Notes under the pieces: generated by a model
What the model was told of the DNA's origin: nothing
Databases searched by the model: none
The model's input: only the letters and a program-made list of their open reading frames with translations
In this document: positions 9,955-21,600 of the stretch, piece by piece
Layout: each line of letters begins with the position of its first letter
How positions within the stretch are numbered: the first letter of the stretch is position 1
Made by a program: the position numbers and the translations under genes
From: Planctomycetota bacterium
Lineage (GTDB): Bacteria > Planctomycetota > UBA8108 > SXIK01
Assembly (NCBI GenBank): GCA_965223845.1
Contig: CBDCXR010000004.1
Location: 3,264,001-3,328,000, forward strand
Length of the DNA stretch: 64,000 bases
Reading direction: 5' to 3'

Positions 9955-11547
9955 ATGGCAGATTCAGCGAAGGAGCGATCGGTGAACTCTGACCCGCCGG
10001 CCGCAAGATTTGGCTACTACGCACTCGCGCTCGTTGCCGCGCTCGCTTCGAGCTCGGTCGAGTACGGATTCGCCGACGACTCGATCAAGGCGCGTTCGAC
10101 GCCTTCGACGCGAACGATCCTCTTCGTCGACGACCACGACGTCCTCTACCGTTCCGGCACCGTCCGGCGGCTCAACACGCCTCGCCGACGCGAGGAGCCG
10201 GTGCTCTCGGAGACAAAGCCCTGGGAGCTCGCCATCGGCTATTGCAGCGTGCAACGTGCTCCCGCAGGCGTCGCCGTTGCGGCGGGTACCTTTCAACTCT
10301 GGTACCAGTCCTACGCCGGTCCCCGGGCGAAGGACCGCACTCGTCGGGTCGTCGTCGCGTACGCCGAGTCGGACGATGGCCTGTCGTGGCGAAAGCCGAG
10401 TCTCGGCCTCTTCGACTTCAATGGGGAGAACAATACGAACATCGTGCTCGTCGGAAACGGGGGAAAGAGCGTCAACTACGGCGCCGCGGTCATCGTCGAC
10501 CTCCGCGATCCGTCGCCGTCCCGGCGCTACAAGATGGCGTACTGGGATTTCGCTGGGAATCTCCCCGGCCTCTTCGTCGCGTTCTCTCCCGACGGGAAGC
10601 ATTGGACGAAGCACCACTCGGGACCGCTTCTCCCCGCGGCGTACGGTGAGCCCGGGCAACCACCCGCGCGCGCCGAGCGAGACACCGAGCCAGACATCCG
10701 CCCCGCGATCAGCGACGTCATCGACCTTCACTTCGATCCACGGCGTGAACGGCACGTCATCTACGCGAAGACCTGGATCGACGGCCCGGACGGTAGGCGC
10801 TTCTGGAAGCGCGCAGTCGTGAGGACGGAGTCGGAAGATTTCATTCGCTGGACGAAGCCGGTGCTCGTCCTCGTACCGGCGGACGACGAGCTCGGGCAGA
10901 TTCACGGCGCGCCCGTCTTTCATCGCCACGGCGTCTACTTCGGACTCGCTCAAATCCTAGACTTCGGCGGCTTCGACCGCGGCGGCACGGGAAACATGCC
11001 GGGCGAGCTCATCGTCAGCCGCGACGGCGTGCGCTGGTCGCGCCCCTTCCGCGAGACCGCGTTTCTCCCCGTCTCCGGCGACGCGAAGACGTTCGACGCC
11101 GGTTGTCTGTGGACCAATGCGATGCCGCTTCAGGTCGGAGACGAGCTCCGCTTCTATTACGGCGCGTATCCCTCGTGGAACTCGGACCACGACTCGAGCG
11201 CCACTGGAATCGGACTCCGCACTCTCTCGATCGATCGTTTCGCGGCCCTCCGGCCCCGCGAGAACGCAGCTCAGATCACACTGAAGCCCATCGACCTCTC
11301 CGGCGCACGCGGCATGACGTTGAACGCGGACGCTCGGGGCGGCCGCATTCGCGTCGAGGTCCTGACTGCCGGAGGCTACCGCGTCCCGGGGTTCGCGAAA
11401 GACGAAGCCCGACCGATCTCCGTCGACGGGACGCGTGTGGCCGCGAGCTGGCAGAATCGAACCCTCAGCGACCTCCCGCCCGGACGCTACCAGATCCGCC
11501 TCCACCTCGAAGAGGCAGAGATCTACGCCCTGAGCATCCACCGCTGA
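9955..11547 (+). CDS. Secreted hypothetical protein, glycosyl-hydrolase-like beta-propeller
   Basis: Signal peptide; LFVDD; Asp-box-like repeats (ESDDGLSW, SPDGKHW, SEDFIRW, SRDGVRW); C-terminal LTLNADA-type beta domain. Start uncertain. Confidence 0.75.
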   Translation: MADSAKERSVNSDPPAARFGYYALALVAALASSSVEYGFADDSIKARSTPSTRTILFVDDHDVLYRSGTVRRLNTPRRREEPVLSETKPWELAIGYCSVQRAPAGVAVAAGTFQLWYQSYAGPRAKDRTRRVVVAYAESDDGLSWRKPSLGLFDFNGENNTNIVLVGNGGKSVNYGAAVIVDLRDPSPSRRYKMAYWDFAGNLPGLFVAFSPDGKHWTKHHSGPLLPAAYGEPGQPPARAERDTEPDIRPAISDVIDLHFDPRRERHVIYAKTWIDGPDGRRFWKRAVVRTESEDFIRWTKPVLVLVPADDELGQIHGAPVFHRHGVYFGLAQILDFGGFDRGGTGNMPGELIVSRDGVRWSRPFRETAFLPVSGDAKTFDAGCLWTNAMPLQVGDELRFYYGAYPSWNSDHDSSATGIGLRTLSIDRFAALRPRENAAQITLKPIDLSGARGMTLNADARGGRIRVEVLTAGGYRVPGFAKDEARPISVDGTRVAASWQNRTLSDLPPGRYQIRLHLEEAEIYALSIHR

Positions 11548-11599
11548 CGCTCACGGGTCTTCGCATCGACAGCATCCATCACTCAAGACGAGACCTCGT

Positions 11600-12973
11600 A
11601 TGATCGTTCGAAAACTCTCTCCGCCGCCGTTCGGAGCCGTCGTCGGCGCGATTTCCTTCGTCGTCTTGTCACTCGACGCGTCTCCCACCGTTGCGGCGGA
11701 TTCGTTTGAAGCTTCGCGGGCGCGGAACTGGCATCAGTGGCGCGGTCCCGACGGAAACGGAGTATCCTCTACGGCCGACCCTCCGCTGCGGTGGAGCGAG
11801 GACGCAAACGTTCGGTGGAAAGTGCCAGTCGAAGGTCGAGGAAGCTCGACGCCGATCGTCTGGGAGAGCCGGATTTACCTTCTCACTGCGGTCGATACGG
11901 AAAAGGTCGATCCTTCGCTCCCTCGGCCCGAAGATCAGCCGAAGCGAGTCTTCGGAATCACCTATCCGAACACCGAGCACGAGTTCGTCGTCCTCTGCCT
12001 CGATCGAGCGACCGGCGACACGATCTGGCGGAGATCGGCGGCGCGCAAGATTCCGCACGAAGGCCACCACGGTGACAACGACTTCGCGTCGGCGTCGCCG
12101 ACGACGGACGGCGAGCGGCTTTATTGCTGGTTCGGCTCGGCGGGATTCTATTGCTACGATCTAGACGGCAAGGAGATTTGGGAGCGCGACCTCGGCAAGG
12201 TCTACATGGAGGCGAGCCTCGGTGAAGGTTGCTCGCCGGTTGTGTACGGAGATCGAGTCATCGTCGTACGCGATCAACAGCGGCAATCCTATATCCAGAT
12301 CCTCGACGCGAAGACAGGCGACCCGGTCTGGAGGAAGGACCGCGATGAACCAGGGGCGTGGGCGACTCCGATTGTCGTCGAGCACGACGGCACCCGACAG
12401 GTCATCACAGCCGCCTCGAATCGAGTGCGAAGCTACGACCTCAGGGACGGTCGAGTCATCTGGGAATGCGGAGGCCTCACGGGAAACGTCATTCCGTCAC
12501 CCGTCTTCGACAGCGGACTCGTGTTTTGCATGAGCGGCTATCAGGGTTCCTCGCTTCTCGCTCTTCCGATCTCCGCGATCGGCGACATCACCGGGACGGG
12601 CGCCGTCGCCTGGCGGAAGAGCCGCGGGACGCCGTACGTTCCCTCGCCGTTGCTCTACGAAGGACGGCTCTACTTCAACCAGTCGAATCGAGCGATCTGG
12701 TCATGCCTCGAAGCGAAGACGGGGCGGACGGTGCTCGAGCGCACTCGTCTTCCCGAGCTTGCGAACGTCTACGCATCGCCCGTCGCGGCGGATGGACGCA
12801 TCTACGTCACCGGACGAAACGGAACGACTCTCGTCCTCGAACACGCGCGCGAGTTCAAGGTTCTCGCAACGAACGCGCTCGATGACACGGTCGACGCATC
12901 TCTCGCGCTCGCCGGCAGGGAGGTTTTTCTTCGCGGCCGTAAATTCCTTTATTGCATCGCCGGTCGCGATTGA
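11600..12973 (+). CDS. PQQ-binding-like beta-propeller repeat protein
   Basis: Signal peptide; NWHQWRGPDGNG; SSTPIVW; YVPSPL; YASPVAADGRIY. Confidence 0.9.
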   Translation: MIVRKLSPPPFGAVVGAISFVVLSLDASPTVAADSFEASRARNWHQWRGPDGNGVSSTADPPLRWSEDANVRWKVPVEGRGSSTPIVWESRIYLLTAVDTEKVDPSLPRPEDQPKRVFGITYPNTEHEFVVLCLDRATGDTIWRRSAARKIPHEGHHGDNDFASASPTTDGERLYCWFGSAGFYCYDLDGKEIWERDLGKVYMEASLGEGCSPVVYGDRVIVVRDQQRQSYIQILDAKTGDPVWRKDRDEPGAWATPIVVEHDGTRQVITAASNRVRSYDLRDGRVIWECGGLTGNVIPSPVFDSGLVFCMSGYQGSSLLALPISAIGDITGTGAVAWRKSRGTPYVPSPLLYEGRLYFNQSNRAIWSCLEAKTGRTVLERTRLPELANVYASPVAADGRIYVTGRNGTTLVLEHAREFKVLATNALDDTVDASLALAGREVFLRGRKFLYCIAGRD

Positions 12974-12977
12974 CGCC

Positions 12978-15900
12978 TCAGCGCGTTTTCGCCCCGTCGG
13001 ACTCTCGGTCGCTCTTTGTTCTCGACATCGCAGCGGCGATCGCGTCGAGAGTCTTCGAGTAGGCGGCGATCCGTCCGTCCGGACCGACGAGGGCGTAGGT
13101 CGGAATCGACGAGATCGCGAACGCGGACGGCAGTTCGTGGCCGGACCAGCGACCGAGGAGCACGTGAATCCACGGGAGCGATCTTCGTTCGAGGAACGCT
13201 TCTGCGCGCTCGCGTTCCGCATCGAGATTCACGCCGACGACGGTGAGATCGGGGTACGACGAGCGGAGCGCTTCGACCTTGTCGATGCCGGCAACGCAGG
13301 GAGCGCACCACGTCGCCCAAAAATCGAGAAGCACGTAGCGCCCGCGGTAGTCGTTGAGGCGCACCTCTCTTCCCTCCACATCCTTCGCGGAGAAGGAAGG
13401 TGCCAGGTCTCCCACTCGCGGGATTTCGATGAGCGGGATGTCGACGCGGCCGAGGTCGATCTTCGTCGCTTCCTCGCCGACCGATACTTCGAGCACGCGG
13501 GATGCAACCGGCTCGACGAGGCAGCCGTTCGTCGCCTCACCGTAGAGGTGGATCGCGAGATCGTACTCGCCGGGCGGGACGCCGGAGATTCGAATCCGTC
13601 CATCGGGTTCGGGCTTCACGAAGAAGTGCTCGAGCGTCTCGAGAAAACTCTGTCCCTCGGTCGTGCTCAACCACGCACCCGTCCAGCCCCCGCGCCAGTC
13701 GAACCCCTTCGCCGCGAGCGACGGCGGTGCGGTGACGCCGGGGCGCTTGGCGACGAGATAGCTGAGAGAGTAGTGGTAATCGAACCCGTCGGGCGCGTTC
13801 GCGACCGCCAGTCGGCCGCGCACCTCCGCGCCACCACCGCCGAGCACGAGGTGAGTCGTCTCTCCCGCCTTCGCGACGAGCGGAATCGATCGGCTCGACG
13901 TGAGTGGCGCCGAGTTGGCGAAGTGGAGCGCAGCGTGAACGCGACCAGCGATCGGTGGGACACGATCGAAAACGAACGTCCCGTCGTCGCGAGTGCGAGC
14001 ATGGATTCGACTCGAGATGCGCACGTCGCCGGTTCGATCGACGATCTCGTCGAAGTAGACCGACCAGTCCGGAACGGATTCCCCGGACTGGATGAGACGC
14101 CCCTCGACGCGCCCCCACCGCGAGAGCTCGATTTCGCCGGGAAGCTCGCTCGCCCTTCGACTCACTTGCGCGTACCCGGAGTCGGCGATGACGACGATCG
14201 AATACGGCTCCGACTGGGGAACGATCTCGAACGCGCCCTGCGGGTCGGGGTCGACGAAGTCATTGCTCGTGACGATGGTTCCGCCCCGGTCCCGCAGTCC
14301 GTCGAGATCGAGCGTCTGGTAGGCCGAAACCACGTACACGCGTCCCCGACGAAGCGGACGTCCGTCGACGTCGATCACTCGCCCGCGAAAGCGCTCGACG
14401 CGCTCGAGAGCGAAGTCGAGCGTCGCGTCTTCGTCGCCGATCCGGAATCGACGAGTGCTCCCCGCCGTACGGTAGCCGAGGGCTTCCACTCGGATGCTCA
14501 GCTCCCGGACGGAGACGTGCGCGGCGGAAAGCTCGACGACGAACGCTCCGCGGTCGGATCGCTCGACGTTGACCTCGGCACGCAAACGCGAGCGTCGCAC
14601 GGGTCTCGGCCGCCCGCCCGGGTATCGAAGGAGCGGAACGACCTCGAAATCGTCGAGCGGCTGGCCGGTCTCCGCATCCATGACGGTGCCGGAGACGCGG
14701 AGCGATCTGGCGGGCACTCGCGACCTCGGAGCGGTCTCGATCGCCGGGTCCCGCGGCCCTGGACGTGAGGAATCAACGCCTCCCGGACCGGAGGGCGCGT
14801 CGTTCGCGTCACCGGATTCTCCCGCGAGAGGTCGGGCGTCTTCGCGCGGGTCTCCGTCATCGGACGGCGGCGCGAGGATGGCGCTCACGACGAGGAAGAC
14901 CAGCAGCGCCGCCGCGAGGAAGACCCCACCGGCGCGGGCGATCTTGAGTGCGGCGCGGCGTCTGGGCGTCGATTCCGCCCGGAGCCACGACCGCGCCGGC
15001 CGGCGGCTCGCACTGGGGCTCTGTCGATACGCGAGCTCTTCGCCGAGGAACTCGGCCACCTCCGACGCCGTCTGGAATCGGTTCGCGGGATCCTTCTCCA
15101 TGAGCTTCTGAACGAACTGAGCGAGCCACTCCGGCTGCGCGCCGTTCACTCGAGCCAGGGGCGGCGGCGTCTCGTCGGTGACGCTCCTCAGGACTCCGTA
15201 CACCGAAGCCGCCTGGAACGGCGGATGTCCCACCGCCATCGCGTAGATCGTGCTGCCGAGGCTGAAGAGATCCGTGCGCGCGTCGAGTGCCTCACCGCGA
15301 ACTTGCTCGGGCGCCATGTACTGAGGCGTACCGGCGATGACGTCGCTCCGGGTTACGTGAGCTTCGTCGGCGACGCGGGCGAGGCCAAAGTCCGTCACGC
15401 GCACGCGCTCGACGCCCTGGTCGAGGAGGATGTTCTCCGGCTTGATGTCGCGGTGAATCACACCCTGTGCGTGCGCCGCTTCGAGGGCGCGCGCGACCTG
15501 AAGAGAGACGCGCACGATCTCGGTTGTGTCGAGCGGTCCTTCATCCTCGATACGTCGTCGAAGCGAAGCTCCCGAGACGAGCTCCATGACGATGTAGGGC
15601 ACGCCGCGGTGCTCGTCGACCGAGTACACCGGTACGACGTGGTCGTGCGAGACGGCCGCGATCGCACGTCCCTCTCGTGCGAAGCGAGTCCGCGCGGAAG
15701 CGGTGCTCGACAGGTGTGGATGGAGGACCTTGATCGCAACGTAGCGATTGAGCCTTACGTCGAGGGCCTTCACGACGACGCCCGTTCCGCCGCAGCCGAG
15801 GACGCCGAGGACTTCGTAGCCGCCGAGTCGACCGAGCATCTTCGGGTCGTCGGTCGGTCCGAGCAGCGCGACGAGCTGCTGGACAGCGGCACTCGTCGAT

Positions 15901-16142
15901 GGGTGGAGATCGCTTTCCGGATCGTCGGTGGCGAACGATACGTCACTCGTGTCGTTACCGCTGAGATGCTCCCGCACCTCGGCCCAGAGAGTCTCGTCGC
16001 CAGCGAGTCGCTCCAGTCGGTGCCGGCACTCCGCGCACACTTCGATGTGCCGCGTGAGCTCGGACTCCTTCTCGCTTGGAAGTCCTCGGTTGAGGATCTC
16101 GCGGAGTGATTGCGAATCCGGACACGTCTCTTGCGTCGACAT
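12978..16142 (-). CDS. Ser/Thr kinase with N-terminal HxxxCxxC motif, TM, carboxypeptidase-regulatory-like repeats and C-terminal TlpA/redoxin domain
   Basis: HIEVCAEC; GCGGTG; VAIKVL; HRDIKPEN; DFG; GTPQYMAPE; TM; LLDFWATWCAPC. Confidence 0.9.
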   Translation of the reverse strand: MSTQETCPDSQSLREILNRGLPSEKESELTRHIEVCAECRHRLERLAGDETLWAEVREHLSGNDTSDVSFATDDPESDLHPSTSAAVQQLVALLGPTDDPKMLGRLGGYEVLGVLGCGGTGVVVKALDVRLNRYVAIKVLHPHLSSTASARTRFAREGRAIAAVSHDHVVPVYSVDEHRGVPYIVMELVSGASLRRRIEDEGPLDTTEIVRVSLQVARALEAAHAQGVIHRDIKPENILLDQGVERVRVTDFGLARVADEAHVTRSDVIAGTPQYMAPEQVRGEALDARTDLFSLGSTIYAMAVGHPPFQAASVYGVLRSVTDETPPPLARVNGAQPEWLAQFVQKLMEKDPANRFQTASEVAEFLGEELAYRQSPSASRRPARSWLRAESTPRRRAALKIARAGGVFLAAALLVFLVVSAILAPPSDDGDPREDARPLAGESGDANDAPSGPGGVDSSRPGPRDPAIETAPRSRVPARSLRVSGTVMDAETGQPLDDFEVVPLLRYPGGRPRPVRRSRLRAEVNVERSDRGAFVVELSAAHVSVRELSIRVEALGYRTAGSTRRFRIGDEDATLDFALERVERFRGRVIDVDGRPLRRGRVYVVSAYQTLDLDGLRDRGGTIVTSNDFVDPDPQGAFEIVPQSEPYSIVVIADSGYAQVSRRASELPGEIELSRWGRVEGRLIQSGESVPDWSVYFDEIVDRTGDVRISSRIHARTRDDGTFVFDRVPPIAGRVHAALHFANSAPLTSSRSIPLVAKAGETTHLVLGGGGAEVRGRLAVANAPDGFDYHYSLSYLVAKRPGVTAPPSLAAKGFDWRGGWTGAWLSTTEGQSFLETLEHFFVKPEPDGRIRISGVPPGEYDLAIHLYGEATNGCLVEPVASRVLEVSVGEEATKIDLGRVDIPLIEIPRVGDLAPSFSAKDVEGREVRLNDYRGRYVLLDFWATWCAPCVAGIDKVEALRSSYPDLTVVGVNLDAERERAEAFLERRSLPWIHVLLGRWSGHELPSAFAISSIPTYALVGPDGRIAAYSKTLDAIAAAMSRTKSDRESDGAKTR

Positions 16143-16208
16143 CGAATGGGTCTCCCTATTGAACTCGGCGTGACCACCGCCCCGGTCGAGCGGAGCCGTG
16201 GAACAGAG

Positions 16209-16810
16209 TTACTCCTCGCCTTCGTCGTAGTGCTCGAAGCGCTCCCGAATGCGCGCGAGGACGCGGCACTTGGCGGTGTAGACTCGTCCGACGGTGCACT
16301 CGAGCTCGCGCGCGACGTCTTCGGCGGACCTTCCGTCGACTGCGGTCAGCCAAAACGCACGCCAAGTCTCGCCGTGAACCTCCTTCGCGGTCACCGCGGC
16401 CAGACGGCGGAACACTCGGCGTCGATACTCGAGCACGAACGCGGTCGCATCGGCGTCCGATCGAGCGGGCGCTGCGTCGAGCACGGCCGCCACGCGCGAG
16501 TCCGCGACGCCGACGATCTCGCGGGACCGTCGAGCGATCGTGTCGACAGCGAGGTTGCGCACGACGCGAAACAGCAGCCACGAAACCGCCCCTTCGCCGG
16601 ATCGGGGTCCCAGTCGGCCACACGCTCGTGCACAGCAACCAAGACGTCCTGAACGACGTCGCGAGCGTCGGCGTCTTGGAGCCCCTTCCGGCGTGCACAC
16701 GCGTAGATCGCACCCTCGTAGATCCGGAGAAACTCTGTCCAAGCGACGCCGTCGTCGCTCGATCCGAGTCGGATGAGAAGGCTGTAGCGAGTATCTTCAG
16801 GGAGCGTCAT
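16209..16810 (-). pseudogene. ECF sigma factor (kinase-associated type), split by a 1-nt deletion near 16575
   Basis: TRYSLLIRL..AWTEF..DARDVVQDV..KGRFRG in one frame; (W)LFRVVRNLAVD..WRAFWLTAVDG..VARELECTVGRVYTAKCRVLAR in another. May be a sequencing error. Confidence 0.8.
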
Positions 16811-17145
16811 CGAACCCGAGCGAATCGGTGATTGGAGTGTTCCTACCAGGTTCTCCACGGGCCGGCCGGTTTCTTACACGAAATCTCGCCCGGGCCACCG
16901 AATCCGCGTCCGCACGCGGGTGGCGTTCGACGGTCTACTCTCGCGGTTCAAGGCCCTAAAGCCGGGTCGCTGTTTCCGATCGGTAGGCCCTCTCCGTCGA
17001 CTTCATGAATCCGCAGCAAGGGACCCGATTCCAGAGATGCGGCCAGAAGACGCCGCGCGGGCGGTGGCGAGCGCGCAGCGGTTCCGACCGAGAGACCGGC
17101 CGCTTCTCGAGAGAGCCGCGCTCAACCGAGGTCCGCGCCGCGACG

Positions 17146-18597
17146 TCAACCGACGAGACGCGCGGCGAGGTCGTTGTCCCCTCCGATATCGGTGAGCCGG
17201 CGCTCGCGCCCCTCGAAGAGATACGTGAGCCGGCGGTGGTCTAGTCCGAGAAGGGAGAGAATCGTCGCGTGGAGATCGTGCACGTGCACGTGATCTTCGA
17301 CCGCTCGAAAGCCGATCTCGTCGGTCGCTCCGATGACCTGACCTCCGCGAATCCCGCCACCCGCGAGCCACGTGGAGAATCCGTAGGGGCTGTGATCCCT
17401 ACCTTTGTCCCCCTGCATCACCGGTGTCCGCCCAAACTCGCCCGCCCAAACGACGAGTGTGCTTTCGAGGAGGCCGCGCTGCGCCAGATCGGCGATGAGA
17501 CCGGCGATCGGCCGATCGATGCGGCGCGCGTTTCCTGCGTGGTTCTTCGCACATTGACCGTGTCCGTCCCAGTCGGTGTTGATCAGCATGGTGTAGCGCA
17601 CACCGCGTTCCATCATGCGCCGAGCGAGAAGGCACATTTTCCCGAAGCGATCGGTCGGGGACGCGCCGATTCCGTAGAGCGACTTCGTCGTCGCGCTTTC
17701 GCGCGAAAGATCCATCAGCTCCGGCGCCGCCGTCTGCATGCGATAGGCCAGCTCGTAGTTCGCGATGCGTGCTTCGAGGCGACTGTCTCCCGGGCGGTCG
17801 TCCCGGTGACGTCCGTTCCACCTCGCGAGTTGATCGAGCATCGCTCGCTGCTCACTCGCGCTGATCGACGATGGACGAGAAAGATCGCGAATTGGCGCTC
17901 CTTCGGTGCGCAGCACCGTCCCCTGGTACACCGCGGGAAGGAACCCCGAATGGTACATGACCTTTCCGCCGCGAAAGCCTCCGTCGCTCATCACCATGTA
18001 GGCCGGCAAGCTGTCGCTCTCCGAGCCTAGCCCGTAGGTCACCCACGCGCCGATGCTCGGATGCCCGAGAATGAGAGAGCCCGTCGTCATGTACGTGATC
18101 GCCGGACCGTGAATGAACGAATCGTGGTAGCACGATCGCACGACGGCGAGACGATCCGCGTGCCGCGCGAGCTCCGGAAAGAGGCTCGAGATCTCGAGGC
18201 CGGACTCGCCGTGACGCGAAAACGGGAACGGCGAGGCCATCAGCCGCCCATCGACGGCGCGCATGAACTGAAGCGAGAGATCGCCGGCGTCGAAGCTCGG
18301 AGGAAGCGGTTTCCCGTCGAGCTTCTCGAGAGCCGGTTTCGGATCGAAGGTCTCGAGCTGACTCGGGCCGCCCGTCATAAAGAAGAAGATCACCCGCTCC
18401 GCCTTCGCCGCGAAGTTGCGAGAGCGGGGCGCGAGCGGAGCAGTTTCGCGGTCCGGCTCGTGCGCTTCGACGCGCTCTCGCGCGAGCAGGTCGAGGAGCG
18501 GGATGCCGCCGAGTCCGAGCGCGGATCTCCGGAGAAAATCGCGCCGGTCGTGCGACGGGGCGAACCGTCCGCAGTGAGTCGTTTCGGTCGTTCTCAT
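17146..18597 (-). CDS. DUF1501 domain protein, Tat signal
   Basis: DRRDFL; MTGGPSQLETFDPKP; WDGH; GEFGRTP; GRDH. Confidence 0.92.
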   Translation of the reverse strand: MRTTETTHCGRFAPSHDRRDFLRRSALGLGGIPLLDLLARERVEAHEPDRETAPLAPRSRNFAAKAERVIFFFMTGGPSQLETFDPKPALEKLDGKPLPPSFDAGDLSLQFMRAVDGRLMASPFPFSRHGESGLEISSLFPELARHADRLAVVRSCYHDSFIHGPAITYMTTGSLILGHPSIGAWVTYGLGSESDSLPAYMVMSDGGFRGGKVMYHSGFLPAVYQGTVLRTEGAPIRDLSRPSSISASEQRAMLDQLARWNGRHRDDRPGDSRLEARIANYELAYRMQTAAPELMDLSRESATTKSLYGIGASPTDRFGKMCLLARRMMERGVRYTMLINTDWDGHGQCAKNHAGNARRIDRPIAGLIADLAQRGLLESTLVVWAGEFGRTPVMQGDKGRDHSPYGFSTWLAGGGIRGGQVIGATDEIGFRAVEDHVHVHDLHATILSLLGLDHRRLTYLFEGRERRLTDIGGDNDLAARLVG

Positions 18598-18604
18598 CGG
18601 TGGA

Positions 18605-21600
18605 TCAGTCGATGTAGAGGAACTCGCTCAGGTTGAGGACGGTGAGACAAAACTTCGCGAGCGCCGCCGCCGTTCTCGGCGGCAGGGAATCGAGCCCCTT
18701 GGGCCGCGGACCGAGAGGTGCGCCGTCGCCGCTCGAAAGCCGGTCCAAAAACCGCGTCGCCTCCTCGAGCTCGCGCGAGTCGGGCGGCCGCGCGAGGGCG
18801 AGTCGAAACACGCGATCGATCCACACCTGCGGTTCTGCGCCCGTCTCGCGGACGACGCGCGCGGCGAGCTCTACGGCCTGACCGAGCGCCGCTCCATTGT
18901 TGAGGAGCCAGAGCGCCTGAGGCGCGACGGTCGAGACCTCGCGCCCCGCGCAGCTCACCGCGTTCACCGGCGCGTCGAACACCTCGAACAGCGGAAAGCG
19001 AAAGTTTCGGCGGACGATGATGTAGAGGCCGCGCCGCGTATGCTGCGCCGGGTCGGCCGAGGCGACCCAGTTCGATTTGTTCGTCATCTCCTCGGCAGCG
19101 AGCGGCGGCATGACGGGTCGCCCGCCGATTTCGCGGCTCAGCGTTCCCGCGACCGCGTGGATCGCGTCCCAGAGCGCCTCGCCTTCGAGGCGCCTCCGGT
19201 TCGTCCGCCAAAGCAGTCGATTCTCGGGATCGCTGCGCTCGTGAGCCTCGCTCCAGAAGCGACTCGATCGTCGGTACGTAGCTGAGGTCATGATCAATCG
19301 GTGCATGGCCTTCACGCTCGCACCGCGGTCGACGAACTCTGCCGCGAGCCAGTCGAGGAGCTTCAGATGGGAAGGGCGCGTCCCCATCGCACCGAAGTCG
19401 CTCGCGGTGGCGACGATCCCGCGTCCGAAGTGCCATTGCCAAATCCGGTTGGCCATCACGCGCCAAGTGAGCGGATGATCGGCTCGCGTCATCCACTTCG
19501 CCAACTCCGCGCGTCGACCGTACGGCCGGTCGGGTAGGGCGCGCTTCGTCCGCATTGGCGCCGCGAGAGCGGAAGGAAGCGCGGGCTCCGCGGGAGTTCG
19601 CGGATCTCCGAGGTCCCCCCGCGCGAGCACGCGGACTGCCGGGATGAGCGGCTCTCGAATCGGTCCGAGCACCGTCGCCGTCGGAATCTCCATGATTCCG
19701 TCGTAGCGAACACCCTGCGCATCGTTCGCCGGGAGACTCAGAACCGCGTTCGCGATCGCCTCGAGGAGCCTTCGTTGCTCCGACTCTTCCTCGGCGGTCC
19801 TCTCGCGACCAGCCGTCTTCGCCTCGAACACGCGATACGCGCGGCGAGCTTCGTCGACCGCGAGAATCCGGGGGTAGCTCTGCTTGAAGTCCGCGATTCC
19901 CATTCCGTGGACGATCGGGACGTCGATCTCGCGCGCGCTCGCGAACACCGCCTGAAGTGCGTAGTAGTCGCGCTGCGAGATCGGGTCGAACTTGTGATCG
20001 TGACAGCGTGCGCAGCCGAGAGTGAGCCCGAGAAAAGCCGAGCCGGTCGTGTCCACCCAGTCCGTGAGTCGCTCGAGCGCGAGCTTCCGCGCGTCCATAT
20101 TGGACTCGTGGATCTGCGTCCCGAGCGCATACAGGCCCGTCCCGATTCGCGCCTCGAAGTGACGCGTCTTCTCGGGGTCGATCTCGTAGCTGCCCTCGAG
20201 CGCGAGGTCGTTCGGCCAGAGCTCGTCCGCGGCGATCTGCTGCTCGACGAAAAGGTCGTACGGCTTGTCGTCGTTGAACGATCGGACGACCCAGTCGCGG
20301 TAGCGCCAGGCGTTGCGAAAATAGATGTCGGTCTCGTACCCCCCGGTGTCGGCGTAGCGCGCGACATCGAGCCAGTGTCGCCCCCAGCGCTCGCCGTAGT
20401 GCTTCGATGCGAGGAGCTCGTCAATGAGCTTCTCCCACGCGTCGGGAGCGTCGTCTCGCGCGAACGCCTCGACGCGCTCCGGTGTAGGGGGAAGTCCGAG
20501 AAGATCGAACGATGCTCGCCGGATGAGCGTCCGGCGGTCGGCGGGCCCGGCCCGTCGCAGGCCCGCGGCTTCGAGCCGCTCGTGAACGAACGCGTCTATC
20601 GCATGGACGTCCGAGCTCGCCTCGGTCACTCCGTACTTTCGCACGAGTCCCGCTTCGACTCCCTCGCGGGTCCGTCCGTCGATCGCGGTGTCGAACACGA
20701 GAACTTCCATCAGCTCTCCCGCGAACGACCCGACCTGCGGAAACGCACGTCCGAGAAAGATCCCCCAATCCGCACGCGCTCGAATCTCGGGGACCGCCTT
20801 CGAACCGAGGATCGGACCGAGATCCGCACCGTTCACGAACATCCGCGTCGCGCTCGCCATCGGCCCAGGTTCCTTGACGATCGTGACAACGCAGACGCGA
20901 TCGAAGAGTCGGCGAGCTGAGGCGTAGTCCGCGTCGCCGTTGTGCCCCCAACCGCCGCTGTGGAGAAGGCGGGAGTCGTCCCGGCGGATTTCGATCATCC
21001 CGGCGAGCGGGCGTCCCGGGTTCGCCGGTGCGGCGGGATCGCCGATTCCGAGGACGATGCCGGTGGGTGTATCGGCGGGCAACGGTTCGAGGCGTCCGAC
21101 GATCATCAGGGTGTACGCCGCGTCACCGGCGATCGGCGGCGCTCGGGTCGCGGGAGCTCCGAGGCCGTTGCCCGAACGAAACCGAACCGTCGCGTGGGCG
21201 CGCGGCTCGCGTTTCATGAGCCGCGGCGGAGTTCCCACCCGATCTCCAAATCTCTTCCACGTGGGGACGAGATCCCGTCCGTGACCGCTCTCGTCCTTCC
21301 ACGCGCGTACGGGAGAGTCGTGAGCGCCGTCGAGAGTCTCCGCGCGATACCAAGCCGCGAGTGAGGAGACATCGCCCGGCGCGATCGACGGCGTCCCCTC
21401 GAGCGGGACGACTCGTTCTCGGCCCGGCACAGTCGGTCGCGCGAGGGGCTGAAACGACCAGAAGCGCTCGCTCTCGGAGAGTTCCTCGCGCGATGCATCG
21501 CCCTCGCCGGCGAACGCGCCGCTCAGCGAACACACGAGAGCGAAACCGATAGAGCCGAGGCGCATAGCGAGTACCCGCGGGGACCGCGCGAAGGACGAGA

